Position numbers and translations under genes: made by a program. Below the pieces are notes generated by a model that did no database searches, was not told where the DNA came from, and saw only the letters and a list, made by a program, of their open reading frames with translations. From an uncultured Acidobacteriota bacterium (GTDB lineage Bacteria > Acidobacteriota > Thermoanaerobaculia > Multivoradales > JAHEKO01), in assembly GCA_963713825.1 (NCBI GenBank), contig CAVQNG010000010.1, positions 1 through 50,586 of the forward strand: DNA of 50,586 bases. Reading direction: 5' to 3'. This document shows, in pieces, positions 39,991 to 50,314 of the stretch (the stretch's first letter is position 1; every line of letters starts with the position of its first letter).

Positions 39991-42579
39991 GCTGCTCCTT
40001 CCACGTAAGCCAGACCGCACAGAGCGGCGTAGTCGCAGTACTTGCAAGGTGCTGCCCGCACGAGCAGGCCATCGACAAGCTCGGACTTCAGCGGCTCGAC
40101 AACGCCCAGGCTGTTCTCAATGCCGGGGGCGCACAGACTGCCTCCAGCTAGCTCAGCGCGGCGAGCCTGAGCCGCCCGGTCCAGGGCCTCCCAGGTCGTC
40201 GCAGGGCCTGGGCCTTCGACGGCTTCAGCGCCAGGGAATCGCTCCGGCGAGACGGTAAGTAGTGCCTGCTCCGTCAGGATGTAGAAGCCCACCGGTGGAA
40301 AGTCCTTCTCGCCCTTGCGAAGAAGATGTGAATAGATCGCCAGGGACTCGGCAGTTCCGTTCTGGAGATCCTCGCGCCGACCGGTAACACCGCCGAGCTT
40401 GAGGTCCAAAACCGCCGCAGGCTCCCCAAGCACGAGATCGATCCGCCCACCGATCTCAGCATCGCGCCAGGGCCTGGTGAGCCAGACCTCAGCACCCTGC
40501 ACTTCGAGGCCGCTGTCGGCGAGGACACGAGTCAAATGAGCGGCGGCCTCTCCAGCCGCGCGCCGAATGCGATCACGCTGAGAGTCGGCGCCGGGCAGCA
40601 ACAGCATTGCGGCACGGCAAGCGACGATCTCATCGAAAAGCTCGAGCGCGGCCTGCCGAGCCCCCTCCTGAGAGGCCGGTTTGCCTAGAAGAACCTCTTC
40701 GACGATTTCGTGCAGGAGATTCCCGAGAACGATCGCATCGCCGGGTATTGCCACGCTGCGCCCAGTCCTGAGCTGCGCACCGTAGCGCAGGGCCCACTGA
40801 AAGGAGCAGCCCACTAGAGAGGCCAGGCCTGACGGAGACTCCACCTTTCGCCAGACCAAGAGCTCCGCTGGTACCTCCCACTCGCGCCGAGGGTGTGGTG
40901 GTGGGGACCAGGACCACTGTTTGGCCGCCGGTTGTTGAGTGAAGATCGGCCGAGCGGCCTGCAATCGGTCGAGCCCCGCCTGGTTGTGACGGCCAACCAA
41001 CTCATCCCAGAGAGGATGGGGGTGGAGATCCTCTCCATCCTCACCCTTTTGGGGGCAAACCAGGAGCAATGCCTCGGTTGCCTGGGTCAGCGGTCGGCTC
41101 CATCGCTCGGCAGCTCGTAGCGCCTCTCGCCCTGGATCAGGCAGTTGGATGCCCGCAGCGCCCAAGGCATCTCGCGTAGCTCGAGAAAAGGGCAGTCGCG
41201 GAATCGGCGGCGCGCTGCCGGAATTGAAAGACCACCAGATCACTCTCCGGGCCGGACCGACAACAGCCCCAGGCCGGTCAACTCGTGCTAGCCCGGCCTG
41301 CGCATTCAACACTGGGCTGAGGTCCACGCTCTGGGTTGCTGACTGTACGAACCGTTCGAGCTGAGCAGTCCCAAGCGAGCCAAGGCCGCTTCGATCGACC
41401 AGGGACAGAAGTGTCGAACATTGAGAGATGGGCGCCCACCAGGGAGTGCTGCCGCCATCGCTCGACTCGACACGAGACTGTAGCCACACCTGGAGAAGGT
41501 CAACTCGACGCCTCAACTCCTCTAGTGGGTACGGCTCAGATCTCTTGACTCTTGCGTCGAATAGTCCGGTGACACGCTCGTTTACAGTCTGGCGCAAGTC
41601 CTTGTCCTCGAGCATTTCCAGGCCCTCGTCGAGGGAGCTGCCCCAGGCCGGGCTACCCACGGCAGGCCACCGCGAGAGCGCGTCAGCCAGACGATTGGCA
41701 ACCACAGAAGGAAACGGCCGAAGAGGAAGAGTGAGGAGATCCAGAGCTATCTGGGGATCGGGTGGGTCCCAACCCAACTGCAGAACGAGAGGCAGGACTT
41801 GTAGAAGCGCCGAAGTGGAGCCATCCCCTGAAAGGCCGAGGGTAGGGAGCCCGTGACGCCTCAAGGCCTCATCCAACACCGGATCCCCGCCAATGATCAC
41901 GGTACCGCCCAGGACTTCAGGCGTGGCGAGCCAGGCAGCGACTTCCTCGGCCGTTGCCAATGGGCCGTATGGGCGTAGCAGCTGGAGGCTCCCGTCCAGC
42001 GAAGGATTGAAGGTTTCGGTCTGGACCGACTTCAGATCGCCCCTGGCTCGGGCAGGCAGCACGGCGCGCTCAGAGACCTTGGCTCCTCGAGCTTCAAGGA
42101 CATCGAGCACTTGCTGCCAAAGTGGAGGCAACTCGTCTCGGGGTTCACAAAGCTCAACGCTTTCAATGTCGGCACGGCGGTTGGCCAGAGCCTCCTGAAC
42201 GAGCTGCAACCGGTCTGGAAAGCCTGGCTTCGCCGATCCGGTGACCTGAGCCAGCTCACCCAGCCTGGCGAGTGAGGGCTTCGCCTCGCCAGCCATACAT
42301 CCACAGCAGGTCGCGCCAATGCAGCAGCGTGCGAGCGGCAGCCAGCGGATTATGCTCGGCAGACTCGCTCCAGAAGCCCTCAGTCTCCTGTACCGCTGGG
42401 ATGAGGTCACCAGCTCGCAGAATAGTCGGCTCGCTGGGCCCCCGAAGCCCGAGGGCGGTTTCGAGATGGCCGAGGAAGCCTCCGGGGCCCGCCCACGCTT
42501 CACCTACGGCTGCTTTCCGATCACCCAGAGCCCCTGGCCAGGATCCCTGATCGAAGTCGATGCCGAAGGTGATCTTCAA
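39987..42579 (-). CDS. AddB-like PD-(D/E)XK nuclease; frameshift near 42290
   Basis: SPSGL...CSFQW...GRIDL...LDLKLG...CKYCDYAALC; N-terminus is ORF 42256..42579. Confidence 0.85.
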
Positions 42580-42638
42580 GATTGAAGCTCCGGTGCTCGT
42601 CCAGCAAGTGGTTGCGCAGAAAACCCAGCTTCACAGAC

Positions 42639-42671
42639 AGGCTACCCAAGAGCCCTGTCAGGAGCTGACAG
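42639..42671 (-). promoter_or_regulatory. Palindromic operator/promoter of the addBA-like operon
   Basis: CTGTCA-N5-TGACAG-N10-TAGCCT on the minus strand. Confidence 0.65.
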
Positions 42672-42733
42672 CAACTGGACTCACTTTCCGGGCCAATCGT
42701 GGCTCTTATCGTGACTCCTCGCAATACTCCAAC

Positions 42734-42763
42734 GGGTGGACTGGAGCTACCCCAATGGGGTGG
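42734..42763 (+). repeat. 30-bp direct repeat, copy 2
   Basis: 28/30 match to 32945..32974. Confidence 0.8.
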
Positions 42764-42960
42764 AAGAGAGACGTCGCTCCAGCCCATTTCCTAGCCTGCA
42801 TCTGCGGCCTCTTCAGCACCCTCAAAACGAAGGGACGCCAGTGACTTCAAGAAGCCGGGCAGCTCGGAGACTTCCCGACGGCTCCTATGGAGTGGAGACC
42901 TATGTCGGAGTTCATTGCTCCACGGAGGCCACCGGGGCAGGATTGCTCTCAGGAGGCCCA

Positions 42961-43452
42961 ATGAAGACAACTGTCATCTGGCTCGCCCTACCCATTCTTC
43001 TCATTTCGACAGCGCTGTCCGCAGAAGAACTCTTCCTGGAAGCGGAAAAGTGCGGCGATGCAATTCGAAAGAAGCAGGTCACTGTTGTCGATGTTCGAGA
43101 GATGAGCGGCGACATCGACACTGTCTCGACCGCCCTCTGGGAGCAGCTGGGCCCTTTCAGCATGATCCGGGCCGGCGAAGTGACTCCGCAGGAGAATAGA
43201 TCCGCCTCGAAGACGTTCAAGAATGAGAGACGGTCCGCTGCTGATCTGGGTTGTGATGTCCTGATCATCTCGGATACGACTCGCCTGGCTTCCATGGCCA
43301 GCAACCGCAAGGGTGTAGCCAACCATGGTGACGATGAACAGATGGTCGCCCTCTACGGGTGCCGCTGGTCCGTCGAGATTCAGCCCGACTGCCCGATACC
43401 GGAAGAGGTGCTCGAGGAGTTCGAGCGACAGCAGATGAACAGGGCTGACTAG
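42961..43452 (+). CDS. Secreted hypothetical protein
   Basis: AGGAGG RBS; signal peptide MKTTVIWLALPILLISTALSA; four Cys. Confidence 0.75.
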   Translation: MKTTVIWLALPILLISTALSAEELFLEAEKCGDAIRKKQVTVVDVREMSGDIDTVSTALWEQLGPFSMIRAGEVTPQENRSASKTFKNERRSAADLGCDVLIISDTTRLASMASNRKGVANHGDDEQMVALYGCRWSVEIQPDCPIPEEVLEEFERQQMNRAD

Positions 43453-43577
43453 TCGCTAGTCCGCGGCCCAGTTGCCGCCGCTCCCAGCGACCCCCAAGCC
43501 CGCCGATCTAGTCGGATCCCGGATAGCTGGCAGCCCCTGTCAGGGCCCTGGTGCAAGATACCTTCGAGGAGGTGTCG

Positions 43578-43754
43578 ATGATCGCACTTGTCGAAGCGAT
43601 TTCCGTGATCGTGCGCAATGAGACCCTGGACGAGAAGTACCCTGGAGGGACAGTCGCCTACTGCCCCATATCCCCACCCGGACGTCTTGCACCGATGGTC
43701 GCCTGACCCGGGTGGGGTTCATGACGCCAGTCGACGTCGGCATCAGGGTCCTAG
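43578..43754 (+). pseudogene. Truncated, frameshifted paralogue of 47586..48128
   Basis: AGGAGG; MIALVEAISVIVRNETLDEKYPGGTVAYC/shift/CTDGRLTRVGFMTPVDVG vs MSVLIEGISVVVRTETLDEKFPGGVVAYC...CNDGRLTRVGFMVPNDVG. Confidence 0.8.
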
Positions 43755-44215
43755 CCAACAACCTGCTGGGCGGCTAGAGAGAAGCCATTCGCACCAGGCT
43801 GCTCGGGAATCGCCTCTCCCGAACAAGGGAACGCAACGGCCCACGCGCGAAGCGCGAGAGCGGTCCGATGCAGTTCCTGGACCTCGGGGTGATCTGCGGC
43901 ATAGTCGACGATCGGCTCGATGAGCTGCCACGCGGTCGCCGACGCTGGCGCGCAGTACGTCCCTGTATAGGCTGAAAGATCTTTGAGGCCGTCATTCAAC
44001 CCCACCACATAGCCAGCGCACCAGGAGATGCGGATCGCAGGCGTTGTCGGAACCTCGTCACTCGAGGTCTCCGTTTCCATGAACGCGACCGCGTCCTGGC
44101 ACATCTGTTCGAGAGTGGTGGCCGAGGTGAGGTTCCCGGGCAGCTCACCCGTGTCCGACGGACCGCCACAACCCAGAACCAGCAACAGGAGTGTCAGAAA
44201 TCCAAGGATCTTCAT
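43751..44215 (-). CDS. Rap1a/Tai-family immunity-like lipoprotein
   Basis: Lipobox VLGC; WCAGYVVG...YCAP...WQL...HPE...AFPC. Confidence 0.8.
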   Translation of the reverse strand: MKILGFLTLLLLVLGCGGPSDTGELPGNLTSATTLEQMCQDAVAFMETETSSDEVPTTPAIRISWCAGYVVGLNDGLKDLSAYTGTYCAPASATAWQLIEPIVDYAADHPEVQELHRTALALRAWAVAFPCSGEAIPEQPGANGFSLAAQQVVG

Positions 44216-44317
44216 TCGGTCCTCCTCGCAGAAAGTAGATCGTGCCGACCTGAGTGCCCGGTGGTCTGCCCTCTGGTGTCAGCCTTGTCCATCGCAGTCG
44301 AGTATGCGGGTTTCGAG

Positions 44318-44354
44318 TGTCAGCATTTGACAGCAATCCGAGCCAGGATAGGCT
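44318..44354 (+). promoter_or_regulatory. Palindromic operator/promoter of the HD gene
   Basis: TGTCA-N5-TGACAG-N10-CAGGAT; also reads TTGACA-N16-TAGGCT. Confidence 0.6.
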
Positions 44355-44368
44355 CGACGAGAGGCCAC

Positions 44369-44905
44369 ATGATCGACAACACCCTCATACAGAAGATCCT
44401 CCCCGGGTATCGCCTCCCTCTCCTCGGGGTGCATGGGCTCGCCCACTGGGGGCGAGTTCTCGAAACCGGTCTCAGGATTGCGCAACACAACGGTGCCGAC
44501 CCTCGGGTCGTCGAGCTGTTCGCGGTCTTTCACGATTCTCGCCGAGAGAACAAGAATGTAGACCCAGGACATGGACGGCGTGGAGCAGAGCTGGCAACAC
44601 TGCTTCGAGATGATCTACAGCTCGAAGTCGAGCAGCTCGAGCTACTGACATTCGCCTGTATCCATCACACGGGTGGTGCGACCGAGGGGGATGTGACGGT
44701 TCGAACTTGCTGGGATGCGGACCGGCTCGATTTGTGGCGCGTGGGAATCACACCTCGACCTTCCAAGCTGTGTACGGAGCCAGCGCGCGATTCCAACCTG
44801 CAATCGTGGGCGAAAGCGCGCAGCCTGACCGACTACACCCCACCCTTCGTGACGGAAGACTGGGTCGGAAACCGGTTGACCACCCGAGCCACTGCCGCGG
44901 AATAG
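44369..44905 (+). CDS. HD-domain phosphohydrolase
   Basis: HGLAHWGRV, FHDSRR, HGRRGA, HH, CWDADRLDL; ATG 44369 after GAGG. Confidence 0.9.
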   Translation: MIDNTLIQKILPGYRLPLLGVHGLAHWGRVLETGLRIAQHNGADPRVVELFAVFHDSRRENKNVDPGHGRRGAELATLLRDDLQLEVEQLELLTFACIHHTGGATEGDVTVRTCWDADRLDLWRVGITPRPSKLCTEPARDSNLQSWAKARSLTDYTPPFVTEDWVGNRLTTRATAAE

Positions 44906-44980
44906 GAGCACGAATTACCGGGGGCACCTCTACGGGGCGAGGAATGAGACAGCGATGGAGGGCTCGAGGGCCGCTTCTTA

Positions 44981-45012
44981 CTGACGGAATCTGACAGTCC
45001 CCGAGGTACAAT
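44981..45012 (+). promoter_or_regulatory. Direct-repeat promoter of structured RNA copy 2
   Basis: CTGACG-N4-CTGACAG-N9-TACAAT. Confidence 0.65.
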
Positions 45013-45018
45013 AGAGAC

Positions 45019-45177
45019 AGCATCAGGAGTGGTCCGGCACGCAAGCCGGGCCCGCCAACCTGGGACGGACACCCAAGGTGGTTCTCGCCAAGCGGGGATG
45101 CGGTTGCTCCCAAGAGGGTGACAACGAAGTGTCCAGCGACGACCCGTTTTCCTGATGCTCAGGTGAACGGGTTTTCT
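45019..45177 (+). ncRNA. Candidate structured RNA/leader, copy 2
   Basis: AGCATCAGGA/TCCTGATGCT closing stem; same hairpins and pseudoknot; terminator ACCCGTT..CCTGA-TGC-TCAGG..AACGGGT-TTTCT. Confidence 0.65.
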
Positions 45178-45253
45178 CATTTGCGGCCCTTCCCTCCCCC
45201 GCTTGCACCTCCGCTTGCGGCGTCCTCCCAAAACCGAGGAGGAGGAATTCACC

Positions 45254-45760
45254 ATGAGTGCTGACGACCGTCGCAAACCCGACAATGAAGCGATCATCGA
45301 GGAGCTCATGCAAGTGAAGGCTCGCGGGGTGCCTGCCGGCATCTGCGGGCGAGAGTGGTGCGAGGTGTGTGGCAACGAAGGGAGCTTCACCAGCTTCGGG
45401 GGTGCCATGTGCTCACATACCGCCGGTGGCCACTTCGTCTGTTGGAGTTGCCGTCAGGAACGAACCCGCGCCAGTTCCGAGGAGGGCACGCCGCCGACCC
45501 TGGGCAAGCTGATCCTCGAGCGCGGGTTCCGCTACTGCGAGGGCTGTGGTCGGAAGGTGGTCCTTCCGGAGAGCACCCTGGAGGAAGCCCTGAAGCTACC
45601 GTTTACCTGCCCGGCCTGTGAAGGGCTCGACCGAGGCCTGGCTGCCCGGAGGCGCTATCTCGAGCACGAAGCCACCAAGGAACGGGGCCTGGAGCGAGCC
45701 GCAGCCCGGATTCGCTGGGCGAAAGCAGGTATCGAAGAGATTCTCGAGGATGATGAGTGA
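45254..45760 (+). CDS. Cys-rich (multi-CxxC) putative zinc-finger protein
   Basis: GAGGAGGAGG RBS; CEVC, CSH, CWSC, CEGC, CPAC. Confidence 0.75.
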   Translation: MSADDRRKPDNEAIIEELMQVKARGVPAGICGREWCEVCGNEGSFTSFGGAMCSHTAGGHFVCWSCRQERTRASSEEGTPPTLGKLILERGFRYCEGCGRKVVLPESTLEEALKLPFTCPACEGLDRGLAARRRYLEHEATKERGLERAAARIRWAKAGIEEILEDDE

Positions 45761-45893
45761 AGGCCAAGCCGGGTCCCGGCCGGCAGGGGCGCCGGCCGCT
45801 TCAAATGTGGGGGCGCCGATGTCTGAGCGCCTTGCCACCTCACCGGCCAAAAAGCACAACTCAGCGCCTAAAATGGACAGCTGGGAGGCCAAA

Positions 45894-46263
45894 ATGACAA
45901 AGGCGCCAAAGCGAGTGTTGGACCGAGTCGTGCTGCACCTGGGCGATGGGGTGCGGCGAGTCGTGGATCCTGCCGATGTCTACTACCTGGAGGCCCAGGA
46001 TGAGGACACCCGGGTGCGGTTACGCTCGGCCCGGCCGCTGGTGGACATGCGGCCCATGGGTGAGCTCCTGCCCCATCTTCGTGCCCCATGGGTTCCTCCA
46101 GATCCATCGCGAGTACGTCGTCAACCTCAGGCAGATCCGTCAGATCCGCCGGCGGGACGACGGTCGCGACTGGGAGGTCAAGCTCGAGCCCCCGGTCAAC
46201 CGCATCCTGCCGGTGAGCCGAGGCGCCGTGGCGAAGTTGTGGAAGACCTTCGAGGCTGACTAG
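45894..46263 (+). CDS. Stand-alone LytTR DNA-binding domain protein; frameshift near 46078
   Basis: DVYYLEAQDEDT...GFLQIHREYVVNLRQI...LPVSR; GGAGG RBS. Confidence 0.85.
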
Positions 46264-46269
46264 GCACGC

Positions 46270-46294
46270 GGGAGGGCGCAAGGCCCTCCCCTAC
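46270..46294 (-). repeat. GTAG-type REP element
   Basis: GTAGGGGAGGGCCTTGCGCCCTCCC on the minus strand. Confidence 0.75.
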
Positions 46295-46374
46295 ATTCTC
46301 GTGCACCGATCCGGTCGGCCAGAAGGGGCACGGAGAGCGCGAGGCTTTCCTCTTGCATCAGGTTGAATCTCAAT

Positions 46375-46810
46375 TCAGCCCAGCAGCCGAGGCTGCGCAA
46401 TCGTCGACTCAGGGGAGCAGGGAAACGCTGCAGACCACGCCTGAATCGCCAGCGCGGACCTGTGCAAGCCCTGCGACTCGGGGTGCTCAATCGCATACTC
46501 GAACGATCGGCTCGATGAGCTGCCAGGAGGTCGCGGACGACGGCACGCAGAACAGCCCGGCTTGCGCTGAAACGACCGCGACGGTGTCCTTCAGGCCGAG
46601 CACATACCCCGCGCACCAGGAGATGTTTATCGTGGGAACGGTTGGCACATCCTCAGTCCAGGTCTCACCCTCGACCAACAGGGCAGCATCTCGACACATT
46701 TCCGTTAGAGAACCGCCCAACTGAGAGATCTCAGGCAACTCGTTCTGCTCGGGCCCTGAACTGCAAACCAACGTAAGCAACGGCAGCAACACCACTAGCG
46801 AGGTCTTCAT
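46375..46810 (-). CDS. Second Rap1a/Tai-family protein; frameshift near 46500
   Basis: WCAGYVLG...FCVP...WQLIEPIV, then EYAIEHPESQGLHRSALAIQAWSAAFPC in the shifted frame; paralogue of 43751..44215. Confidence 0.8.
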
Positions 46811-46861
46811 ACGCTCTCCTCCGTAATGCTTTTCCATTGGTCTTGAATCCTCACCCACACC

Positions 46862-46900
46862 ACTGTCAGCCGTTGACAGTCGAAGGATGCACAATAGGTT
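46862..46900. promoter_or_regulatory. Palindromic operator between divergent genes
   Basis: ACTGTCA-N5-TGACAGT; N10-CACAAT on plus, N10-GAGGAT on minus. Confidence 0.65.
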
Positions 46901-46946
46901 GGTGGAGTTGCGCTACGACGAACCGATCCAGCGACGGGAGGTCTGA

Positions 46947-47545
46947 ATGACACGCGACTCAGTGGCTGAAAGTGTTGAGCAGGAGTCTTCGTCTCGCAAC
47001 TTCATCGTCGGCGTGATTCTGTTTCTAGCCTTGCGCGCGATTATCCGGCAATGGAGTCAGACTCCCCCCGACCTGCTTCGCCCAGAGGTGCTGTTCGGCC
47101 TGGTCGGGATGGGAGCCGGCGCCGCTGCTCTCCTCTTGTGGTGGCGCGAAAACGCCTGGCAACGGAACCCGGTGACTGAGGTTCTCGAGTCGCCGACTGA
47201 ATTGGGTCGAAGTGGACGAGGTCGGCAGTCCGTCCCCCGACGAAGAAGCCGAGATCGTGGAGCACCTTGCCGCAAGCTTCGAAGAACAACTCGGCAGGGA
47301 GCTCGAATCTCGCCTGGGGGAGTTACCACCGCTGGGCCGAGACTCTCCCCTGGAGCCTTTCTTTCCGCTGGAGCCGGCGCTCCTGGGTCGCCAACACTGT
47401 TTGGGAGGAAGTGGAGCCTGCGCTGCGAAGGCGCATGGACAAAGCGGGGCTGTCGATGGACGCACAGTCGCTGCTGGAAAGCAGAGTGCGGCTTACCGCT
47501 TCTGCCCTTCTGGTCAGGCCCGACCGTGCGGCAGATGGCAATTGA
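46947..47545 (+). CDS. Hypothetical membrane protein, probably frameshifted
   Basis: GGAGG RBS; two TM helices; plausible continuation in ORFs 47212.. and 47267.. Confidence 0.5.
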
Positions 47546-47585
47546 GTAAGGCACGAACCAACCGACGCAAAGAACGGAGGATCTC

Positions 47586-48128
47586 ATGAGCGTTCTCATC
47601 GAAGGCATTTCGGTAGTCGTGCGGACTGAGACTCTGGACGAGAAGTTCCCCGGAGGTGTGGTCGCCTACTGCCTCGGTTGCCCCAACAAGACGTTCTGCA
47701 ACGATGGCCGACTGACCCGCGTGGGATTCATGGTGCCGAATGACGTCGGGTTCTTCGTTCGTTGCCTGCAGAAGCGGGGGCTCCTGTGGGTCGACTCCGA
47801 GAAGCGATTCCGCGATGTGGCGGTGGTCGATCAGCTCAGCGGGCCGACCTCGACCTGCGACTGGCTCGTCTATGAGCGCCAAATCGACGGCCCTGCCTAC
47901 GCCTGGCAGACCGGGACCGAGCCCGGGGAGTTGGCTGTGCCCCGTGACTGGTGCTACGAGGAGTCCCTGAGCAAGGATTTCGTGTATACCCCCAAGAAGG
48001 GGGCCGATCGGTGGCGGGCCGCAGAAGGTCACAGAGATGGCTGTGACCTCTACATCCATCCGAGGACCGGTCGGAAGAGCGCCTGTGCGCGGCCGTTCGG
48101 GCCGGATGTTGTCGGCATGCCGGACTGA
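47586..48128 (+). CDS. Conserved hypothetical protein
   Basis: GGAGG RBS; GC3-rich codon usage; paralogous fragment at 43578. Confidence 0.8.
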   Translation: MSVLIEGISVVVRTETLDEKFPGGVVAYCLGCPNKTFCNDGRLTRVGFMVPNDVGFFVRCLQKRGLLWVDSEKRFRDVAVVDQLSGPTSTCDWLVYERQIDGPAYAWQTGTEPGELAVPRDWCYEESLSKDFVYTPKKGADRWRAAEGHRDGCDLYIHPRTGRKSACARPFGPDVVGMPD

Positions 48129-48354
48129 CGCGAGGGTGCGTCGAGGCAGTGAATCGGTCCCACTGCGCAGATTACCTCTCATTCGCCTTGTCATGACCGA
48201 GCCGAGCAAACCACGAGGGCGCCGGCCGCTTCACGGATCTATTGGGCGAAAGCAGGAATCGAGAGAATTCTGGCGGAGACAGACAAGGACCCCGACGTCG
48301 ATGACTGAGCGCAGAGCCGAACCCGCAGCGACCGGGGTCCGATGGGATGATCTC

Positions 48355-48583
48355 TCAGGTGTTTTCTCGCACCCGGATTCGCCGTTCATCCACAACCCAC
48401 AGAGCACCTGTCAACACGTCGGTTTCCAGAGCAACCAAGAGACGCTTCGTTACATCAAGGACTGTCCGCTTGTCTTGGCGGGCCAATCGGAAAACGATGA
48501 TTCCTGGATGGGAGCCGGGGGGATACGCCTGGATGTCGGAAAAGTCGGTATCGAGGGAGGTTTTCGTCAATCTTGAAGAGCAC
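48355..48583 (-). pseudogene. DUF5615 PIN-like toxin with an internal deletion
   Basis: VLFKIDENLP joined out of frame to LDTDFSDIQAYPPGSHPGIIVFRL; the central part expected for this family is absent. Confidence 0.8.
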
Positions 48584-48590
48584 GGTTCTG

Positions 48591-48902
<312 letters not shown>

Positions 48903-49030
48903 CTAACTGGATTGCTTCTGAGCTCCACGGCATCTGGCGGAGAGAGACGAAGAATCCGGGTTTCAGCTCTACCATTCGGCCGCCACAGGTGCGGCCGCAT
49001 CAGCAAGTTGATCAGGTGCCAGGCACATTC

Positions 49031-49069
49031 ACTGTCGGAAATTGACAGCGAGTCGGTGCAGAATAGGCT
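49031..49069 (+). promoter_or_regulatory. Palindromic operator/promoter of the ADP-ribosylglycohydrolase gene
   Basis: ACTGTCG-N5-TGACAG-N10-CAGAAT; also reads TTGACA-N16-TAGGCT. Confidence 0.6.
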
Positions 49070-49081
49070 GGAGGAGCAACG

Positions 49082-50206
49082 ATGATGAGCTCGAGCACTG
49101 CTGAGACGGCGAACCGGACCGTTCTGAACGAGCTTCTGGAACGGGGGGCGATCGACATCCAGGCCTCGGAGCTGTTCGAGACCCAGCCTTCTCCGCTTCC
49201 GACTGCGGTTTCCTTTTCCAAGGTCGAGGGCATGCTGCTGGGGCTGGCGGTGGGTGATGCGTTGGGGATCACCTCCGAGGGCTTCTTGCCGGCCGATCGT
49301 AGAGAGTTCTTCGGGGAGATCCGCGATTACCTACCGAATCGATACAACGGCAGGGAGGAGGGCTACCCCTCCGACGATACGCAACTCGCCTTCTGGGCCC
49401 TGGAGCAGATGCTGGAGGACGATGGCTTCGACCCCGACCGGGTGGCGGCACGCTTCTGCCGAGGCAAGATCTTCGGCCTCGGGTCGACAGTGAGGGGTTT
49501 CCTCCGGAACTACAAGGGCGGCACACGACCCTGGTGGAAATGTGGACCCCAATCGGCCGGCAACGGGGCCCTGATGCGGATCGCCCCCATCCTGGTGCCG
49601 CACTTGCGAGAACCCTCGCCTGCGCTGTGGGCCGACACTGCCCTGTCTGCCGCAATCACCCACAACGACTCGGCCTCGATCGCTGCTTGCGTGGCCTTCG
49701 TCTCGATTCTCTGGGAGCTGCTGGGCAGGACCGCGGCCCCGGAGCCGCAGTGGTGGGTGGACTCTTACGTTCGGGTGGCGAGAGAGCTCGAGCACCGGCA
49801 GGACTACCGGCCGAGAGCCGGCGACTTTCCGGGCTATCAGGGCTCGCTGTGGCGGTTCGTCGAGGAGAAGGTGCCAGCCGCTTATGAGCGGGGCCTGTCG
49901 ACGCTGGAGGCCTGCGAAAGCTGGTACTCGGGCGCCTATCTGCTGGAGACCGTGCCCTGCGTGCTCTACATCTTGATGTGCCACGGGGACGATGCTGAGG
50001 CCGCGATGGTGCGGGCCGTCAACGACACCCGGGACAACGACACGATCGCAGCCATCGTCGGCGCGGCGGTCGGGGCGCTCCATGGCCGCGAGGCTCTGCC
50101 TGATCGTTGGACGAGCAAGCTCACCGGCCGCACGACGGACTCCGACGATGGCCGGGTCTTCGAGCTGATCGAGCAGGCCAGGCGGAGGTGGTGGGAATCG
50201 GCTTAA
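49082..50206 (+). CDS. ADP-ribosylglycohydrolase (DraG/ARH family)
   Basis: GLAVGDALG, SDDTQ, SAGNGALMRIAP, ITH, DNDTIAAIVGA. Confidence 0.93.
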   Translation: MMSSSTAETANRTVLNELLERGAIDIQASELFETQPSPLPTAVSFSKVEGMLLGLAVGDALGITSEGFLPADRREFFGEIRDYLPNRYNGREEGYPSDDTQLAFWALEQMLEDDGFDPDRVAARFCRGKIFGLGSTVRGFLRNYKGGTRPWWKCGPQSAGNGALMRIAPILVPHLREPSPALWADTALSAAITHNDSASIAACVAFVSILWELLGRTAAPEPQWWVDSYVRVARELEHRQDYRPRAGDFPGYQGSLWRFVEEKVPAAYERGLSTLEACESWYSGAYLLETVPCVLYILMCHGDDAEAAMVRAVNDTRDNDTIAAIVGAAVGALHGREALPDRWTSKLTGRTTDSDDGRVFELIEQARRRWWESA

Positions 50207-50290
50207 GTCCCATCGAATCATGTACATACGTCTATTGCGATAGTTCTAGCATGGCTCGCTGACGATCTATTGGACAGCTGACCCGCTACT

Positions 50291-50314
50291 GGCGGGGGCA
50301 AGCCTCGCCCCTAC
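50291..50314 (-). repeat. GTAG-type REP element
   Basis: GTAGGGGCGAGGCTTGCCCCCGCC, one mismatch to the 4787 copy. Confidence 0.8.
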
